Part shown: piece after piece, positions 52,770-61,782 of the stretch
Numbering within the stretch: position 1 is the stretch's first letter
Layout of the letters: each line of letters opens with the position of its first letter
Source: an uncultured Flavobacteriales bacterium
GTDB lineage: Bacteria > Bacteroidota > Bacteroidia > Flavobacteriales > Schleiferiaceae
DNA: 64,000 nt
Reading direction: 5' to 3'
Assembly (NCBI GenBank): GCA_943846715.1
Contig: OX044356.1
Coordinates: 394,029 to 458,028 of the forward strand
Position numbers and translations under genes: made by a program
Notes under the pieces: model-generated
Told to the model about the DNA's origin: nothing
The model's database searches: none
The model's input: only the letters and a program-made list of their open reading frames with translations

Positions 52770-53430
52770 GGTCTGTTTCCATTTCAATGTAGCGAAGAAA
52801 TTCTTGACGGAGGCTTTCGTTTTCTTTGAAGCGTCCATTGTATTCAGCAGTTACGGTGCTGGAGTCGGTGTCACGGATGCCACGAGCATTCACGCAGAGG
52901 TGCTTGGCGCTAATGATGACTGCAATGTCATTGGTTCCTAGCGCCTCGATTAGGGCGCTGGCAACTTGCCGTGTAAGGCGTTCCTGTACTTGAGGTCGCT
53001 TTGCGTAATAATCGACGATGCGATTCATTTTACTGAGACCAATCACCCTATCATTGCTCATGTAGGCAATGTGTGCCCGGCCAATGATTGGCATGAAATG
53101 GTGCTCGCAGGTTGAGTAAATCACGATGTCCTTTTCCACCAACATCTCACTGTATTGGTAGCTATTGTCAAAGGTGTTCAGTGCCGGTTTCCGGTCGGGG
53201 TGCAGGCCAGCAAAGGTTTCAGTGACATACATTTTCGCCACCCGGTGGGCAGTGCCTTTCAAGCTGTCATCTTCAAGGTCTAGGCCCAATGTCTCCATGA
53301 TGCCTTGAAAATGTCCTTCAATCAAAGCAATTTTTTCTTCATCACTTTTCACAAAAGCATCAGCAGTCAAGGGGGTTTTCAAAGAGGCAGAATGGTGGTT
53401 GATGTCGTCGTCGTGCATGTGGTCGTTCAT
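52756..53430 (-). CDS. folE: GTP cyclohydrolase I FolE
   Basis: ..STCEHHFMPI.G.AHIAY.., ..QERLT.Q.A... The ATG at 53430 is preferred. The TTG at 53493 would overlap the divergent gene. Confidence 0.93.
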   Translation of the reverse strand: MNDHMHDDDINHHSASLKTPLTADAFVKSDEEKIALIEGHFQGIMETLGLDLEDDSLKGTAHRVAKMYVTETFAGLHPDRKPALNTFDNSYQYSEMLVEKDIVIYSTCEHHFMPIIGRAHIAYMSNDRVIGLSKMNRIVDYYAKRPQVQERLTRQVASALIEALGTNDIAVIISAKHLCVNARGIRDTDSSTVTAEYNGRFKENESLRQEFLRYIEMETDHGDT

Positions 53431-53480
53431 AAGAGACAAAAGTAAGTGCTGTTTGATGGATATCAAGTACTTTTGGGGGC

Positions 53481-54554
53481 ATGAATGAAGCAACGCGAAT
53501 TGTCGGTACAGGATCTGTTATTCCTGAGCAGGTTGTACCTAACGATGCCTTTCTTAGCAAGGATTTTCTTGATGAAAACGGCCAGCCCTATGCGCATCCC
53601 AATGACGTCATCATTGAGAAGTTTCAAAAAATCACTGACATAGCCTCAAGAAGGTACCTCAAGGAAGACCAAGTTTCCTCTGACATTGGTGCTGTGGCAG
53701 CGCAGAGAGCCATTGAAGATGCTGGATGGGATCCGGAGACCATTGATTTATTGATTGTAGGACAAAATTTTGGTGACATTGTATTTGGCACCCGCCACAT
53801 GGACCAGATGCCAAGCATTGCAAGCCGTGTAAAGGAAATGCTGGGCATAAGCAACCCCAACACTGTGGCTTTTGATGTCCTTGCCGGATGCCCAGGGTGG
53901 ATTCAGGGAGTTCAGATCGCTCATGCCTATTTTTCTGCTGGCCTGGCTAAGCGTGCTGTCGTGGTTGGCTGCGATGCCTTATCCCGCACGGTGGATAAGC
54001 ATGACAGGGATCAAATGATATTTGCTGATGGGGCAGGGGCAGCTTGCTTTGAGCGCCAACAAAGCGATCAAGGCAATGGCATTATAGGCATGTCCTCACA
54101 GACCTTCACCAAAGAAGAGGCTTATTACCTCAAATCCAATCCGTCTTTCAATCCTGAATTGGATCAAACAGAGCGACTAATCAAGATGAGGGGGAGGAAA
54201 ATCTATGAATTTGCCATCCGACATGTGCCGTCTGCGATGAAAGCTGCTTTGGATAATGCCGGTGTTGACTTGAAGGATGTGAAGAAGATTTTTATGCACC
54301 AGGCCAACGCTAAGTTGGACCATGCGGTAGGTGATCGTTTGTACGCCCTCTATGGCATGAATGCTGACCTGGACGACGTGATGCCTATGAGTATTCATTG
54401 GTTAGGTAACGCATCTGTTGCCACAGTTCCCACTTTGTTAGACATGGTGATCAAGGAAAACTATGAAGGCCACAGCATCGCAAAAGGTGACATCCTTTTG
54501 TTTGCTTCTGTGGGTGCAGGCATGAACATCAATGCCTTTGTTTACGAGGTTTAA
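53481..54554 (+). CDS. 3-oxoacyl-ACP synthase III (FabH-like KAS III) family protein
   Basis: 357 aa with the catalytic triad context: ..LAGCPGW.., ..MHQANAK.., ..GNASVATVP. Confidence 0.85.
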   Translation: MNEATRIVGTGSVIPEQVVPNDAFLSKDFLDENGQPYAHPNDVIIEKFQKITDIASRRYLKEDQVSSDIGAVAAQRAIEDAGWDPETIDLLIVGQNFGDIVFGTRHMDQMPSIASRVKEMLGISNPNTVAFDVLAGCPGWIQGVQIAHAYFSAGLAKRAVVVGCDALSRTVDKHDRDQMIFADGAGAACFERQQSDQGNGIIGMSSQTFTKEEAYYLKSNPSFNPELDQTERLIKMRGRKIYEFAIRHVPSAMKAALDNAGVDLKDVKKIFMHQANAKLDHAVGDRLYALYGMNADLDDVMPMSIHWLGNASVATVPTLLDMVIKENYEGHSIAKGDILLFASVGAGMNINAFVYEV

Positions 54555-54598
54555 GCAACCCTATGCATAGCAAACTGCAGCTAAGCAAGTACAGAGGA

Positions 54599-54632
54599 AA
54601 CAACAAAGGCGCCCTAGGGCGCCTTTGTTGTT
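54599..54632. terminator. bidirectional terminator, perfect 16-bp stem
   Basis: AACAACAAAGGCGCCC, TA, GGGCGCCTTTGTTGTT. It lies between convergent genes and overlaps the TAA stop of the 54631..57813 gene. Confidence 0.8.
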
Positions 54633-57600
54633 ATTGCAAATTCAAGGACTGGCTCAGGCCAGACTCCAGGTAGGGACCGCCGGCATCCACATTGGCGCGC
54701 ATCAATGCGTCAATGCCTTGGACAATCTCAAGGAGTTCTTTCTCAATGGATGGCAACCGAGCTGTGACAATGTCCAATTGTTTGACCATGGTTCCTGTCG
54801 GATTGCTTCGCATGCCGTAACTGCCCCATGTCGCCATGGAAAGGCGATCACTTAAGCTTGTTGCTGCTTCAGTTTCACGCTTAGTAAGTGTTTCGTTCCC
54901 ATACAATTCAATGGCCATGTTGAGTAAGTCAGTCTCTAGCCCTTCTAGCTTGAGTGCATCACTTAGGCTGGCAGAAGGGCCATGGGTCAAGGCGGCTTGC
55001 AACTGCTTGACACGATCCTTTTGTGAAGCAAAGGTTTTGGTCAATCGATTGAAGCGGCGGTTGGTGGCATTGGCCCGATCTTGGAATGCATGGATAATGG
55101 TTGGGTCTCCACTGCCATTGAGGTTGTTTAAATGACGCACAGCAAATGATACAGGTTCTGTCAATGTGTCAAATTGCCCGGAAGCATAGGCCACAAGCTG
55201 AACGCGGTAGCCTCCCTCATTGACAAAGTAGGCTCCGTGTTTGGGGTTGCCTTGTCGACTGACCTTGCCATCCCATGTGATGCGATGCATGCCTTTGCTG
55301 TAGCTGGTTTTAAGTCGGCGAAGAGGCTTTCCATTGTTGTTGCTGATCGCCAACAAAAGGTAATGATCCTTGTCGCGGTCTTCTGACAGCAAATCATCAT
55401 AGCTTGGGAAGGTGATGTTGTCCCCTTGGTCTTTTTCAGCAGATTGTCTGAGAGCTTTCAATGACTCTGGGGCTTCTTTGATGTGGTAAGTGAAGGTCAC
55501 GCCAACAGGTGGGTTGTCCGCCATGTAGTAGCTGGCACCCATGAATCCGGGAGGTCCATAGCCAATAGGGTGAGCTTCATGGTAGAGGAGACCGTCTTTG
55601 ATGTCAAAGACATGCGCTGATTTCTCCATGACACCTTGGGAGACTTCCCTTAGGGCTGAGTAGTCATCCAAGACATAAAAACCTCTGCCAAATGTTGCCA
55701 GAATCAAGTCATTTTCACGCCGTTGGATGTCGATGTCACGGACGGCAACAGTGGGAAGACCCTTATCCAAGGCTTTCCAGTTTTTGCCACCATCAGTGCT
55801 GACGTGCAAGCCAAACTCCGTGCCCGCAAAAAGTAAATTTGGATCTACATGGTCCTCTGCAAGGCTGTAAACGGACCCTCTTTCAGGTAAGCCTTCAACG
55901 ATAGGTTTCCAGGATTTACCTTGGTTGTTGCTGACCAAGATGTAGGGAGCGAAGTCGCCCTGCTTGTGGTTGTTGAATACCGCATAGACCCGATTGGCAT
56001 CGTGCAATGATGTTTTGATGTCATTGACATAGGTGTTGGCAGGGATGCCAGGGAAGGACTTCAGGGTTTTCCAGTTGCCGCCATCGTTATGGCTGACATG
56101 AATCAAACCATCGTCTGTGCCGGCATAAAGCAAGCCTGCGCTCACCGATGATTCGTTCAAGGCAACGATGTTGCCATAGATGGATGTGCTGCGATGCTTG
56201 GCTACTGCGTCGACGCTCCAGAGCTTGCCCATAACTGGCAGGGTGTTTCGGTCAATCTGCTGACTTAGATCGTCAGATATCACGGCCCAGTTGTTCCCCC
56301 TGTCAGTGCTCTTGAAGACGACATTGGCAGCAAAGTAAAGGGTCTTGTGATCATGTGGGCTGATGAGTAAGGGTGCATCCCAATTGAAGCGGTAGGGTTT
56401 TTCATCCACACCTTCTACTGGTTTGATGGCCACACCTTCGCCGCTGAGTCGATCGTAGCGTTGAAGCCAACCATACTGTGCTTGTGCGTAGATGGTGTTG
56501 GGGTCTTCTGGGTCTATTTGCGACTCAAACCCATCACCGGTCTGTGTCACAAACCAATCGGAATTGATGATGCCTCGGTCATTGATTGTCCTGCTAGGTC
56601 CGCCCAAGGAGAAGTTGTCTTGCGTCCCACCGTAAATATTGTAAAACGGCAAGGCGTTGTCGACGGTGACGCGGTAAAATTGTGTGATGGGTAAATTGGG
56701 CTTGTAATGCCAGTTGACACCATGGTCCCATGTTTCATACAAACCACCATCACTGCCAACAATCAAATGCAAAGGCTGCAAGGGGTCAATCCAGCATACA
56801 TGGTTGTCGACATGCTTGCCTTTTTCTCCCAATCGTTTGAATGTTGATCCACCATCGTTGCTCCAATGCATGTAGGTGTCCATGCTGTATACGACATCCG
56901 CATCATGGGGAGACACAACGAGCTCCACATAGTAATTGCCGCTGGTGTTGTGATCATTGCGCTTGCTAAAGGTCAATCCCCGGTTGTTGCTCCGGTAGGT
57001 TCCATGGCCTTCGATCATCAAGTAGAGAACGTCAGGGTTGCTGGGCGCAATGGCTAATGCCAATCGACCTTTGTCATCCGACGGGAGGCCTCCATTCAGT
57101 TCTTCCCAATTCTCACCGCCATCTTTTGACAGGTAAAGGCCAGATTCAGGCCCGCCTGACAGATAGGTGAAGACATGCCGTCTGCGTTGATGGGCTGTTG
57201 CATACAGGATGTTTGGGTTGCGTGGGTCCAGGTGAACTTCATTGAACCCTGTGTGCTCTGACACATGCAAGACCCGTTTCCAGGATTCGCCCCCATCGGT
57301 GGTTTTGTAGATGCCGCGGTCTCCGCCGGATGACCACAGAGGGCCATAGGCTGCTGCCCATACAATGTCTGAGTTGTCAGGGTGCACGGCAATCATGCCA
57401 ATGTGTTCAGAGGAACCCAGGCCCATGTTTTTGAATGACGCACCGCCATCAACAGATTTGTAGATGCCATCACCATAGGCCACGGACCGTTGGTTGTTGT
57501 TTTCGCCAGTGCCGACCCAGATGGTGTTGCTGTTGGACGGGTCAATGGTGACGCAGCCAATGCTGTAGGATCCTTCATTATCAAATAGTGAGGAAAAGGT

Positions 57601-57813
57601 CAAGCCATGGTTGACGGTCTTCCACACGCCGCCAGAGGCGGTTGCCACAAACCAAACATCATGGTTGTTGGGGTCCACGGCCATGTCAGCCACCCGACCA
57701 GAGGTAGTTGCTGGCCCCAAGGAGCGAAAACTGAGTGCAGAATAATCTTGTGCATTGATGCCTGGAACGATAAGCAGGATCAGTAGAGAGGATAACAGGT
57801 TTTTCATAGCCAC
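54631..57813 (-). CDS. large exported sortilin/VPS10-like BNR (Asp-box) repeat protein
   Basis: 1060 aa with a signal peptide. Eight Asp-boxes: SVDGGASF, TTDGGESW, SKDGGENW, SNDGGSTF, STDRGNNW, HNDGGNW, SNNQGKSW, STDGGKNW. The architecture suggests tandem beta-propellers. Confidence 0.8.
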   Translation of the reverse strand: MAMKNLLSSLLILLIVPGINAQDYSALSFRSLGPATTSGRVADMAVDPNNHDVWFVATASGGVWKTVNHGLTFSSLFDNEGSYSIGCVTIDPSNSNTIWVGTGENNNQRSVAYGDGIYKSVDGGASFKNMGLGSSEHIGMIAVHPDNSDIVWAAAYGPLWSSGGDRGIYKTTDGGESWKRVLHVSEHTGFNEVHLDPRNPNILYATAHQRRRHVFTYLSGGPESGLYLSKDGGENWEELNGGLPSDDKGRLALAIAPSNPDVLYLMIEGHGTYRSNNRGLTFSKRNDHNTSGNYYVELVVSPHDADVVYSMDTYMHWSNDGGSTFKRLGEKGKHVDNHVCWIDPLQPLHLIVGSDGGLYETWDHGVNWHYKPNLPITQFYRVTVDNALPFYNIYGGTQDNFSLGGPSRTINDRGIINSDWFVTQTGDGFESQIDPEDPNTIYAQAQYGWLQRYDRLSGEGVAIKPVEGVDEKPYRFNWDAPLLISPHDHKTLYFAANVVFKSTDRGNNWAVISDDLSQQIDRNTLPVMGKLWSVDAVAKHRSTSIYGNIVALNESSVSAGLLYAGTDDGLIHVSHNDGGNWKTLKSFPGIPANTYVNDIKTSLHDANRVYAVFNNHKQGDFAPYILVSNNQGKSWKPIVEGLPERGSVYSLAEDHVDPNLLFAGTEFGLHVSTDGGKNWKALDKGLPTVAVRDIDIQRRENDLILATFGRGFYVLDDYSALREVSQGVMEKSAHVFDIKDGLLYHEAHPIGYGPPGFMGASYYMADNPPVGVTFTYHIKEAPESLKALRQSAEKDQGDNITFPSYDDLLSEDRDKDHYLLLAISNNNGKPLRRLKTSYSKGMHRITWDGKVSRQGNPKHGAYFVNEGGYRVQLVAYASGQFDTLTEPVSFAVRHLNNLNGSGDPTIIHAFQDRANATNRRFNRLTKTFASQKDRVKQLQAALTHGPSASLSDALKLEGLETDLLNMAIELYGNETLTKRETEAATSLSDRLSMATWGSYGMRSNPTGTMVKQLDIVTARLPSIEKELLEIVQGIDALMRANVDAGGPYLESGLSQSLNLQ

Positions 57814-57956
57814 CTAAGTTAGTGACAGAATGTTACTTGGCTTTCAACTTCACTATAGCTTCCCAACTGGGGCATTAAAACGGTGCAGCATGGGCGTAAA
57901 CCCAGAGCCAGTCAAGCGTGATTGCCTCACTTATTCATCCAGAATCAGCCCCATCA

Positions 57957-59396
57957 TCATTCCGAATCAACGATTTCCATTTTATCTTCTGATAGCCCAA
58001 TAATGACACTGACTGATGCGTCGCCAGTTAGGTTGAGCATGGTGCGCACCATGTCGATGATTCGATCTACAGGGAAAATTATAGCGATCCAAGCAGGGTT
58101 AAGACCTACACTTTCTAAAACAACAATCAACATAATTAATCCTGCACTTGGGACAGAGGCTGCACCAATGCTGGCAAGAGTTGCAGTGAATATGATTGTT
58201 ACTTGCTGAATGATTGTCAGGTCAATCAAATGAAATTGCGCCATGAAAATCACAGCAACACTCTGGTACAGAGCAGTGCCATCCATGTTTACCGTTGCAC
58301 CTACGGGTAGTACAAATGATCCAACTTCTTCGTCAACACCTAAATTATCTCTAACACAATCCATGGTTACGGGCAAAGTAGCAGCCGTTGATGAGGTTGA
58401 AAATGCTAGTATTTGAGCTGGTCTTATTCCTTTAGAAAAGTATTTCCAAGCTTTGATGAAACCGATTTTTGTTTTTCTGTGAATGAGTGCAGCTACAATT
58501 GCAGGATAAAAAACAAAAATCATTAGAAGCAATGCAAAAATGGTGACCATCGTGTAAGCGCCTAAGGCTTTGAATATCTCAATAAGCCTGCTGGGTTCAT
58601 CACCAGCCATTTCAGCCAATTTCCCAGCGAGAAGGGCAAAGACAAAGACGGGTGCTCCTTTCATGATTATATCAACCATTTTTATAAAAACGTGAGTACC
58701 GCCATCAATGAACCCGACCATGTAAGTGGTTCTTTCTTTTGGTAACGCTACTAAGGTTACCCCGAAAAAAAGAGAGAAAAAGATAATTTGTAGCATCAAG
58801 CTGCCATTGAATGATACAAATATGTTTGACGGAACCATGTCAACAAAAAACTGAAGTGGCCCCGTTTTTTTGGATGAGGATGCTGCAGCAGCAATTTTCT
58901 TATTTAGCTCTTCATTGCTGCGCTGCTCATCTAAGTTTTGCCTGGCATCGCTGAGGTATGAGCTGAATTGAGAGTCATCAGTAAGTCGGATGTCGTCAAA
59001 GAATTCAACACCATCTGTTTCATTGACCCAAATTTCATAGGATAGCCTGTTTACATTGAGCTGCTCAGTAGCAGCTTGATGTCCTGGCTTAAATGTATTG
59101 GCAAAAAACAACCCAACACAACAAGCAATAACCGTCGACGCAATGTAAAGCCCAAGCGTTTTAATCCCCATTCTACCTAGGGTTGCAGTGTCATTCAATC
59201 CACTGATTCCAGAAATGATACTGAATAAGACAAGGGGAATAGCAATGAGTTTCAATAGGCGGATAAATATCTCACCAATAGGAGCAATCCAGTCTATGGT
59301 AAAGCTGCTCCATCCCATTGATGAACTAATGAGGGCCCATAAAATGCCCAATATTAATCCGATTATGATTTGAATGGCTAAAGGAGGCTTCTTCAT
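57957..59396 (-). CDS. dicarboxylate/amino acid:cation symporter (DAACS/GltP family)
   Basis: 479 aa: ..FSTSSTAATLP.., ..GATVNMDGTALY.., ..VDR..DM.RT..N..GD... It has an extended loop after TM3. Confidence 0.88.
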   Translation of the reverse strand: MKKPPLAIQIIIGLILGILWALISSSMGWSSFTIDWIAPIGEIFIRLLKLIAIPLVLFSIISGISGLNDTATLGRMGIKTLGLYIASTVIACCVGLFFANTFKPGHQAATEQLNVNRLSYEIWVNETDGVEFFDDIRLTDDSQFSSYLSDARQNLDEQRSNEELNKKIAAAASSSKKTGPLQFFVDMVPSNIFVSFNGSLMLQIIFFSLFFGVTLVALPKERTTYMVGFIDGGTHVFIKMVDIIMKGAPVFVFALLAGKLAEMAGDEPSRLIEIFKALGAYTMVTIFALLLMIFVFYPAIVAALIHRKTKIGFIKAWKYFSKGIRPAQILAFSTSSTAATLPVTMDCVRDNLGVDEEVGSFVLPVGATVNMDGTALYQSVAVIFMAQFHLIDLTIIQQVTIIFTATLASIGAASVPSAGLIMLIVVLESVGLNPAWIAIIFPVDRIIDMVRTMLNLTGDASVSVIIGLSEDKMEIVDSE

Positions 59397-59613
59397 CAGA
59401 GGTATTTTTTAGATTATTTTACCTGTTTTGGTCTTCGTCTTAAAGAGGATTCAAATATTCACTTTTTTTCTCGCAGTTCAGAGAATTATTATTTGTTTAC
59501 CATCCAGACGCCTTAGCCCAGAGTAATAATCCCCAAAAAAATTCAAAATCAGATGTTTGCCAAACATGATTGGTTGATTTCGCTGGTCCTTTGAACAGTG
59601 CCCTGCCATACTC

Positions 59614-60393
59614 CTAAATGACCCGTGGCTTGAATAGTAATTTTCTCATTCCAACAAAGAGCACAATGAAAACGGAATAAATCATGAAAAAAGGAATTAC
59701 AAAGGCTTGTAGTTCACAAGCCAACATAACTGCCATGATTAGTAATTGAAAACCCAAACCGTATATAGAAATCAGCGTCATAAACCATTTTGGAAATGGC
59801 ATACTGTCACTAGCGTTCTTGTCCATGTGGTACATGATTTTATCAAATGATATATATAACACATCATAAATCTTGTAAAAGATATTCACCATCTGCTGGC
59901 TCTCCCCTTTGAGAGCCTTCGGTGCAGAATCCTCGAAAATTCTACTGGTAGAATCTCCATTCACAGAATTTCGTAAAATGACATAATAGTAGTTGTATAC
60001 GGTTCCTTGAAGTTGAATTGCAAAGAAAGCAATCAACATATGGGCTAAAGGACCTCCAGTGATATGATTAAAAGCTAGTAAAAAACAAAAGTTCAATAGG
60101 ATGTCTGCTATCGAATCGTAGAAACGTCCAACATATGAGGGTGTTTTTCTCAAACGAGATAACTCTCCATCAGCGGCATCTATAATGGATTTCAATAGGA
60201 TAAATATGGCTGCTGTGATGTGATATCCATTGAGCATGAGTACAATGGCAATGAGTCCAGCTATAATAAACATGGTTGTAACATGAATTGGAGTAAAACA
60301 CGTATGTTGAAGTTGTTTAGCGATCCAATGACCAGAAGAGCGCCCATAGTCAGATAGGTCTAAAAACTGATATTCTTTGGGAAGTTTTGCCAT
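59614..60393 (-). CDS. CDP-alcohol phosphatidyltransferase family protein
   Basis: DAADGELSRLRKTPSYVGRFYDSIAD fits D-x2-D-G-x2-(A/S)-R-x8-G-x3-D-x3-D. Polytopic, 259 aa, very AT-rich. Confidence 0.82.
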   Translation of the reverse strand: MAKLPKEYQFLDLSDYGRSSGHWIAKQLQHTCFTPIHVTTMFIIAGLIAIVLMLNGYHITAAIFILLKSIIDAADGELSRLRKTPSYVGRFYDSIADILLNFCFLLAFNHITGGPLAHMLIAFFAIQLQGTVYNYYYVILRNSVNGDSTSRIFEDSAPKALKGESQQMVNIFYKIYDVLYISFDKIMYHMDKNASDSMPFPKWFMTLISIYGLGFQLLIMAVMLACELQAFVIPFFMIYSVFIVLFVGMRKLLFKPRVI

Positions 60394-60841
60394 TCAGATG
60401 TTGCGTGATCAAATTAATTATAAACACCCAAAAGTAGTTTAGATGGTGGAGTTTTATTTCGTTCAGTTCTTCTCAAGAAAAGCTACCCTTAAAACGTCAA
60501 AGGTTATAATTAAGCATTAGAGTAGATACGTTGGAGGTTGAGGGCTCGCCAGATTTGGGATGGTACATATAATTTACCGATGAGCCAAAAAAATAAGTAA
60601 GCTATTTGTTTCGTGAAAGTGTTATTACTAAGGATTCTCTCGATCAAAACAAAAAGTGTCTTGTTTTTTCAATTACTTGAAATGAGACAACCCAGCCTTC
60701 GTGACCATACTTGTTCATTACAGTTTCCATTTTTTTATTGGAAGGTTACTCAACCCCAACCCATCCAATGGCTGCAATGTGCCGTTAAGAAATAAGGTTA
60801 AATCCTGAGATTCATCTCCATATAGTCTAGTCCGATAAGGT

Positions 60842-61741
60842 TTATATCAAATCATCCAAGGCATGATTCAGCGTTTGGTATTGGTATTCAAACCCTTCGT
60901 TTTTCCATAAAAGGGACGAACAGCGCGTGCTCATCAATGCTAGTTCAGCCATAGGCCCCAGAACAGAATACAGTACAAAGGCGGGAATTGAGGGAAGGAA
61001 GTAGGGGCGATTTATTTTGCTTGCTAAGACTTGGCTAAATTCTCTGTTTGTAACACTCTCACTTCCAACCCCTAGAAAAATACCTTGGTATTTGCTGTTC
61101 TCTGCTAAGCATAGGAATTGACGTGCTAAATCGGAAATATGAATCCATGGCATCCATTGTTTTCCGTTACCTAGAGGGCTCCCAAGTCCTAATTTAAAAA
61201 ATGGAAGCAATGTGTCTAAAACGCCTCCGCCTTTGCCAAGTACGATTCCAATTCGTAGGCAGCAAACTCTCATGCCTAGATTTTCTGATTTAAATATTTC
61301 TTGCTCCCATTGGTTTATGACTGTCGCTAAGAACCCATCACCGCCAGGGTCATCTTCGCTGTAAACTTTGTTTTGATCATTAGGGTATAGACCCACTGCA
61401 GAAGCGCATATAAGACTTTTTGGTCGTTGATCTACAGGGAGGGAGGAGATGGCCTCACGCAACACTCTGGTGCTCTGTATTCGGCTTTCTAGGATCTCTT
61501 TTTTATAACGCTTAGTCCATCGTTTAGCAATCGTAGCTCCGGCTAAATGTATGATTGTGTCAACATCTTTTAAAGCATTCATATCTAGCTCATTTTTCTT
61601 TGGATTCCAAAGAAATGTTTGAGGGTTAGAAGACGGTTTAGTGCTCAAGTTGTTGACCTTGTATCCACGTAATGATAAGTGCCTCATTATTTCTGAACCG
61701 ATCATTCCGCTACCGCCTGTCAATAAAAATTGTTTTGTCAT
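60842..61741 (-). CDS. NAD-dependent epimerase family protein (YfcH/TIGR01777-like, with DUF1731-type C-terminus)
   Basis: 299 aa: ..LLTGGSGMIGS.. Rossmann motif, with the overall YfcH-like length and C-terminus. Confidence 0.8.
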   Translation of the reverse strand: MTKQFLLTGGSGMIGSEIMRHLSLRGYKVNNLSTKPSSNPQTFLWNPKKNELDMNALKDVDTIIHLAGATIAKRWTKRYKKEILESRIQSTRVLREAISSLPVDQRPKSLICASAVGLYPNDQNKVYSEDDPGGDGFLATVINQWEQEIFKSENLGMRVCCLRIGIVLGKGGGVLDTLLPFFKLGLGSPLGNGKQWMPWIHISDLARQFLCLAENSKYQGIFLGVGSESVTNREFSQVLASKINRPYFLPSIPAFVLYSVLGPMAELALMSTRCSSLLWKNEGFEYQYQTLNHALDDLI

Positions 61742-61782
61742 TGGGATAATGGCATGAATTCCTCAGAGAAGGACTTTGAAAG

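Noticed and set aside
60613-60795. 60-codon GTG-initiated plus-strand ORF in the long spacer.
   Set aside because: It has no promoter or RBS context and an odd composition. It is convergent with and wedged between minus-strand genes, so it is probably non-coding. The spacer itself is reported as a finding.
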